64,000 bases of DNA. Origin: Squalus acanthias (lineage: Eukaryota). The position numbers and the translations under genes are program-made. This document shows, in pieces, positions 57,741 through 64,000 of the stretch. The stretch is taken from assembly GCA_030390025.1 (NCBI GenBank), contig CM059453.1, positions 7,564,001 to 7,628,000 of the forward strand, written 5' to 3'. Numbering within the stretch: the stretch's first letter is position 1; every line of letters starts with the position of its first letter. The notes under the pieces were generated by a model. That model ran no database searches, was not told the DNA's origin, and worked only from the letters and a program-made list of their open reading frames with translations.

Positions 57741-60464
57741 AAAGGACGAGAACTTAGAGAGGACGTTTCTCTGAATCTCAAAATTTTAGTTTCTTTGTCA
57801 CAACGAACCAATTATAACAACGAAGAGATACGACACGTTTTTGCAATCAAGACATTGGAAACACTCGTTGTTCTTGCTTTCAGTATTTGCCCCAGTTTTC
57901 TCCACTTCCAACTTGAACCCTAGCTGGAGTTCGATTTCTCCAACTTCTCGCTTAAGCTGCTTTTTTTGCAGATGCCTCCCTTCACTACGAGGTTTGTCCC
58001 GAGGCCCAATACCCCGGAGTCTACTCCTGTCCTCACTGGATATTGAAAAGGCTACTTGCAGCACGGCTCACTGAACAGCGATAAATACTATGGTTGAATT
58101 GCCCCTCTCTGACCCAGGGCTCCGAGTCCATTTGAATTCCCTGAGCCAAGATTGATCAATGAGCGAATTGATTACTTTCGGAGCTGCAGTGCTCAACTGC
58201 ATCGATTAAAGCCATTGAGAGCAATTGTGCGATGCAGCGCACTGCCATTCCGGGTAACCTAAAGCTGATTTATTTGCGAAGACGGAAGCATCCGCGGACG
58301 AAGCAATCGGGAGTAACGGGAAAACGTGCACTCTGATCTCCATAATGCTACATTTCCAAGTGTCCAACCGATAGATACAGTGCAAGGGAAATCTGACGGA
58401 CACTTCACAGCCTTCTCATCGGATTAGACATGTTAAACACGCTGTTCACTGATGGAAGGTTTGGACCAATGGGTGCAGTGCAGACCCATGTTGCGGCCTC
58501 TGAGCACAATAAAATTCAAGTTACTGCCTTTGTGTTGACTATTGCCTGTTATTGAATCACTCTGAGCTGCTTCCAACGATATTATTCAATGTATTAATAG
58601 ACTATTAATCAGGAGAGCCAACCGGGTTATTGAAGCGATTTCACTATAAGAATGATTTGTAAACAATTTTGGGCAATTTGCAGGACCACATAATGTATGT
58701 GGTACTGGAGTAGTAAACCAGAGGTCTGGACTAATGATCTGGAGACATGAGATCAAATCCGCCACGGCAGCTGGGGGAATTTCAATTCAGTTAATTAAAT
58801 AAATCTGGAATAGAAAGCTCCTATCAGTAATGCTGACCATGAAACTAACCGATTGTCGGAAAAACCCAATTCGTTCACTAATGTCCTTTAGGGCAGGAAA
58901 TCTGCCGTCCTTACCCGGTCTGGCCTCCATGTGACTCCCGAAACACAGCAATGTGGTTAACTCTTAACTGCCCTCTGAAATGGCGGAGCAAGCAACTCAG
59001 TTAAGGGCATTTAGGGATGGGCAATAAATGCTGGCCTTGACATCCACGCCCACATCCCGTGAATGAATAAACAAAAATATTGCACCTGATCAAAAGGCAC
59101 CTCAGCACCCCCTTCTCAAGGGAAACTAGGGATGGGCAATAAATGCCGGATTTGCCAGCGACGCCCCCCGCCGAGAGTTATTTTAAAAATGTTCCTATAT
59201 TTTTCCCACGGCCAATTTTCCAATTATGCCCCCTTCTGAACATTTTGTTTCTTGTTGAAATGTGATTCCCGCCGGTAGCTCTCAAATAATCAGATCTTAG
59301 CTGGCAAGACTCAAAGCGATTATCGGCGAGATTTTTAACAGGAGCGGGAGCCCTGACTGACCTTTAAGTGCCTAGCCCATTACAGCTAGACAGCGGACAG
59401 AGTAATTGCTGTATTGGTCCTTGGTTTTTCAGACTTTTGGACAATCTACAATGGCAATTTATATTGCAGTTTGTTGTAATTTCGCTGATTCCTCCTGCAG
59501 CCCGAGCTCTTGCTTGTTCCATGTTCTGTGTGAATGAAGGCTTCTCAATCCAACATCGCCACGTAGTGGCAGGGCGAAAGCAATACGCAGGCGATCTGTC
59601 ACTGTATCATCAGACACATCTGAGTCCAACAGGGGCAGAAATCCCGCATCGTGCGCAGACAAACTGCTGGTTTACCTTACCCTCCCCAACGTAGACTGTT
59701 GAAGTATGTACAGGTGCGTTAACCGAAGCAGATTTGGCTGCAAAATGTGCTCTGCCAGATGCGATGCACTTGCTTCCTTTGGCCATTAGATGGCGTGCGC
59801 TGTGATCTGGTCGCTTTGCGCCCATCCTGTCGATGGAAGGAACAGGGCCAAAGGCCATTTGAACAACTTTGCAGAGAAAGCACAGGAAGCTTCATTTAGC
59901 TGACTGGAATCTTAACCGGAAAACGTAGTGAAGCTTGTAAAGTTCCTGTTGGAATGCCTGTTCCTATTAGCAATACATCCTGTGTGTATTAGGTTGAATT
60001 TTATTAAAGGGTGGCGATTTAACAAGGTGACTCTTTGCTTCACTTCATGCTTATTATCTGGTTGCCGTTTGAACACTGTTACGGGGCCTCGTTTAACATC
60101 TAATCGAAAGAACGGGACTTCCGGCAATGTTGCACTCCTTCACAGTCATTTTGTGGCAATCAGCGTGCTTTTTTAATTTAACTGGGACTTTGGAATGTGT
60201 TACACTCTGCCGGCAAATAAGTTATTGTAAAATAAATACAAAACCATATTATTGCGGATGCTGGAAATCTGAAATGAAAACAGAAAATGCTGGAAATATT
60301 CAGCAAATCAGGCAGCACCCGTGGAGAGAGCAACAGAGTTAACGTTTGAGGTCGGTGAATTTTCAGGAGAACTGGAAGAGGTTAGAGATGTAATAGGTTT
60401 TAAGGAAGTGCAGAGGCAGGGAAAGGGGGAGAGGAGGAAAGAGAGGGAAGTTCTGTGATAGGGT

Positions 60465-61085
60465 GACTTGATCACAAAAATCTAGGCTGATACTCCAGTG
60501 CAGTACCGACGGAGCGCTGCACTGTCGTAGGGGCAGTACTGAGGAAGCGCCGCACTGTTGGAGAGGCAGTACTGAGGAAGCACCGCAGTGTTGGAGGGAC
60601 ACTAATGGGGGAGCGCTGCACAGTGGGAGGGGCAGTTCTGAGGGAGTGCTGCACTGTCGGCGTGGCAGTCCGGAGTGAGCGTGGCATTGTCGGAGCACTG
60701 TACTGAGGGAGCGCAACACTATTGGAGGGTCAGGAACTGAGGGCGTGCTGCATTGTCGCAGGGCCAATACTGAGGGAGCGCCGCGCTATCGGAGGGGCAG
60801 TACTGAGGGAATGCTGCACTGTCGGAGGTGCTGCCTTTCGGATGAGACGTTAAAGCAAGGCCCCGTCTGCCCTCACAGGTGGACGTAAAAGATCCCATTG
60901 CCACTATTTCGAAGAAGAGCAGGAGAATGATCTGGTCATTATCAAATTGCTGTTTTTGGGAGATTGCTGTGCGCAAATTCGCTGCCACGTTTCCTAAATT
61001 ACAACTGTGTCCTCACTTCGAAAGTACTTCATTGTCTGTAAAGCACTTTGGGACTTCCTAAATGGCGCTATAGAAATGCAAGTCT
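60465..61085 (+). mobile_element. Counterpart Deu-type SINE with ~30-bp minisatellite
   Basis: Same structure, fewer repeat units. Confidence 0.8.
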
Positions 61086-61416
61086 TTCTGTTCTTTTTGT
61101 TCCGAAATGAAATAAATGTTCGAACTGGGAAATAGTTATTTTATTATTAAAGCAGATGAAAACGTTTAAAATTACATTGACCATTCACGCCCCCTTCCTG
61201 CACAGTTTCGGAAGTATGTTTGGAGTGAACAATCTCGGGATTGAAAATCAAATCGTCTCACAAAGAGATTTTAAAATGTTAGCTATTACTCTCTGAGAGA
61301 TTTCCATTATCACAGCACTACCTGGAGTGCGAGTTTCTGTTCTAACTCATAAAAAACAATTGTGTGAAGATGTTGACAAGTTCCATCTGTCAGAATTGTG
61401 TGAATGCCGCTGATTT

Positions 61417-63254
61417 TCATTTGCTTTTAATTGCGGCTTATTCACTGGACTCCTCGTGCTGGAGATATCGCTCCTGCTTTCGAACGTTTCAAACACTGAC
61501 AGCTGCATACAGGACCTCTTCACTTTGAGCTGACTGGTTTGATGGAGCCCCTCTTACACCAGTGTTTCTATACTTGTCTTGTCTCTTTAACAGAAAGTAC
61601 TGTGTTAGATGCGGAGGTACTGAACGGGCTGAGACTGCGCTTACTATTCCAGAATAACCCGCTTTATTCCATCACTGCCACCATTCTAATTGTCCTATTC
61701 AGCTCCTTCTGCCTCGAAAAGGAAACCTTGGGCTTCCGCTGGCCCCGAGTACTGGCGCGCCAAGAGTATTGCCCCCTCCTCAACAATTAGCCGACTGATT
61801 TAGATAGCGCCGCGAACGTTCAGAGGAGCGGTACCAAACAACATTTGAGATGGACCATTAATGTCCCTTTATACATTTAATAGGTTCACATAATACTTAC
61901 ATTGTACAGAAATCAGTGTGGATCTGTTTGCGGTGCCCAGGTGATTTTCAGCCACGCACCAATACTCCCCCTCATCTTCAGAACTAATGCTGTGAAATAT
62001 CTGCTTCAGTTCACCGGTGGAAGACCTGCTGATCTCTATACCATCTCGGAGCAATGTTAATCTGACCGGCGGGTACCCCATGGCCGTTCAGTATAATAAT
62101 AATGAACTTCCTTCCACTGTTACTATAGAGGAATTGACGCTTGGTTTCCACAGTGCATCTGAAACACGCAAGATCTTTGGTGTTATCGGAAAATGTCGGA
62201 ACAGAGGATTAAAAAACAATCCGGTTGACAACCCATGAAGAATATTGAAGCAGATTTGGTGGTTATATCGTCAACTGTAACTTGAAAAGACAGCTTGAGA
62301 TTTTGTTGTTCCATCGACAACCTTATTTAGATCTGAACCATGCTTTAACTCAACCTTTCCTCCTCTTCCCTTCAAAGAGTTGTAGTGACTGCCTGGAAGT
62401 GGTTCTGCCCCACCGATAAGTCAATCAAGCGGCCATTCCTCCGAGAGCAAGAACAGTGTGCTGTCACATCACTTAAACAGGCCTGTTGAGGCCAATTGTA
62501 TTAACCCGACCACCGCCCCAGCCAACTCGACACAGACCCTCTGTGTCAGGTACTCTCTGGCTGCAACTATATCAGGAATTAGGAGCCTTTGGAATAAATT
62601 TGAAGTAAACGAAAACCACGGAGCGAACAATAATAATCCATGTGTCTGTGTCAATGTTAAATAATACAACTTACAATAAATCTCAGACAGTCAATTTGAT
62701 TCATTGATTGTAGAATCATCGGCCATTCAGCCCTTCCAGTCTGTTGCACTAATCAATTAGATCATGGTTAATCCATATCGTAACTCCTTCTACCCGCGTT
62801 TGCTTTATTGTAACCCTTCATACCGTTCCCGAAAAAAAAATCTATCCATCGCATTTTTGAAATTTTCAATTTTCCAGGCCAGCTACACTCCACTGAGAAT
62901 AAAGACAAGTTTGAATCCTATTTACCATATTAGAATGAAGGGTACAGCAGTTACTTACAGTCCACTGTAAGTGTTTCTTGAACGGTACCATCAACTACAA
63001 GCTTACATCCCAGACTTTTCCCTTTATGGTCCAGTGATGGGGTGAAGGTGAAAGTTGATGAAACCGTTCAGGAACCCTCGAAACTTTCGCCATTGTGACT
63101 TGAAATGTTTGTCTCGTGCAGTGAAGGAAGTTTATCCTCGTCCTGAATCCACATCAGTGCAGGTTTGGCGGACTGGCAAATGGTGGTGACTGAGCAGGTC
63201 AATGTGCTGGTTGCCCAGCAATCGCTTCCCCAGAGACTGATATCCATGACTTAT
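61417..63254 (-). pseudogene. Siglec-like pseudogene 2, 3' part (D2 63254-62959, D3 62158-61901, ITIM exon 61584-61417)
   Basis: Paralog of pseudogene 1; D3 Cys codon is TGA (62088-62090); two stops in the ITIM exon. Confidence 0.88.
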
Positions 63255-64000
63255 CTGTAAGGGGAGAAAGAAATTCGAGTTGCAGTGGCTTTCAAAATAA
63301 TAAAAATATGGAGTGAAGTTCCAGGCGATTCAGCCCAACGCCTGAGATAATATCATGAATAAAAAATATCGTTTTTGCATTTGATCTCTTGTGACGGACA
63401 CGGACTCGATGGACCGAATGACCGTCCTTCTGTGCCGTTATGATTCTATGGTGCAGGGGAAGGAGCCTATTGTCAGTTATCACTTAACGGTTACGGAATT
63501 AATCGGTTGATATATGTCTTCCTGAAAATAATTATCACCCACTATATAACATGAATTATTAATTGTTGGCCAATTTCTTATAGCTCAGTCACCACTCTAT
63601 TGCACACAAGTATTTCAACTCAAAATTAGGTCTGACAAAACATAGAAAACTGGGTCCAAGATTATGTTCCATATCTGCAGTTGGGATAGAATCTTGGATA
63701 CTCTTAGACTAATGGCTCAGTGTCACGTGAAACGCTTAATTTACCCTATGAGGCACAGGGGTGAATTTAACTCTTGCTTATAATTAATTTGACCTCATTT
63801 AAGGTCGTGATTGAAGCGCTGCAGATGGGCTTCAGGGAGAGGAAAAGGTTAACTATCTTCGTTTGTTCCCATTAACAACAGCGGGAAAGTGCAAAGATAT
63901 CAGAAGAAAGCAAGACCCGTTTCGGGGTTTAAGCCCCACTTCAGAGACTAAAGCACAAGCTGTAGCCTGACACTCCATTGCAGTACTGATGCAATGCTAC

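Larger units (their letters stand above)
38739..64000 (+). repeat. Tandem segmental duplication unit 2 (partial)
   Basis: Same order of features as unit 1, with copy-specific insertions and deletions. Confidence 0.92.

Noticed and set aside
57354-57774. Cys-, Tyr- or Pro-rich repetitive ORFs as proteins
   Set aside because: By-products of the 24-bp array; the Tyr frame does not match ITIM consensus and has a stop.
38739-64000. Duplication as an assembly artefact of two haplotypes
   Set aside because: Dense substitutions throughout and many copy-specific TSD-flanked insertions exceed what alleles would be expected to show.

Overview
Vertebrate genomic DNA; the repeat content (CR1 LINEs, Deu-type SINEs, Penelope elements, a ~60-bp satellite) points to a cartilaginous fish, which is an inference. 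The window holds about 1.7 copies of a ~37.6-kb tandem duplication unit (1145 corresponds to 38739; ~26850 to 64000). Each unit carries a plus-strand Siglec/MAG-like inhibitory receptor gene and an oppositely oriented Siglec-like pseudogene. Gene B (35195-48998) is complete and splices into an open 8-exon, 543-aa CDS: leader, V-set, three C2/I-set domains, uncharged TM, and a tail with two ITIMs plus a third Tyr motif. Its V domain has the Siglec cysteine pattern but Ser in place of the sialic-acid-binding Arg. Gene A (3' five exons visible, open) has a CR1 LINE at the splice donor of its domain-2 exon. The minus-strand pseudogenes lie head-to-head with the next plus gene, lack the D4, TM and first cytoplasmic exons, and share a stop that predates the duplication. 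A third, heavily decayed plus-strand relic (56652-57740) appears to have its ITIM-coding segment expanded into a 24-bp minisatellite. Also present: Penelope elements with hammerhead ribozyme motifs, an antisense solo LTR, nested CR1s, MITE-like elements, SINEs, a tRNA-Asp-derived pseudogene and two N-gaps at the same position of each unit. All exon calls and alignments were done by eye; no searches were run.
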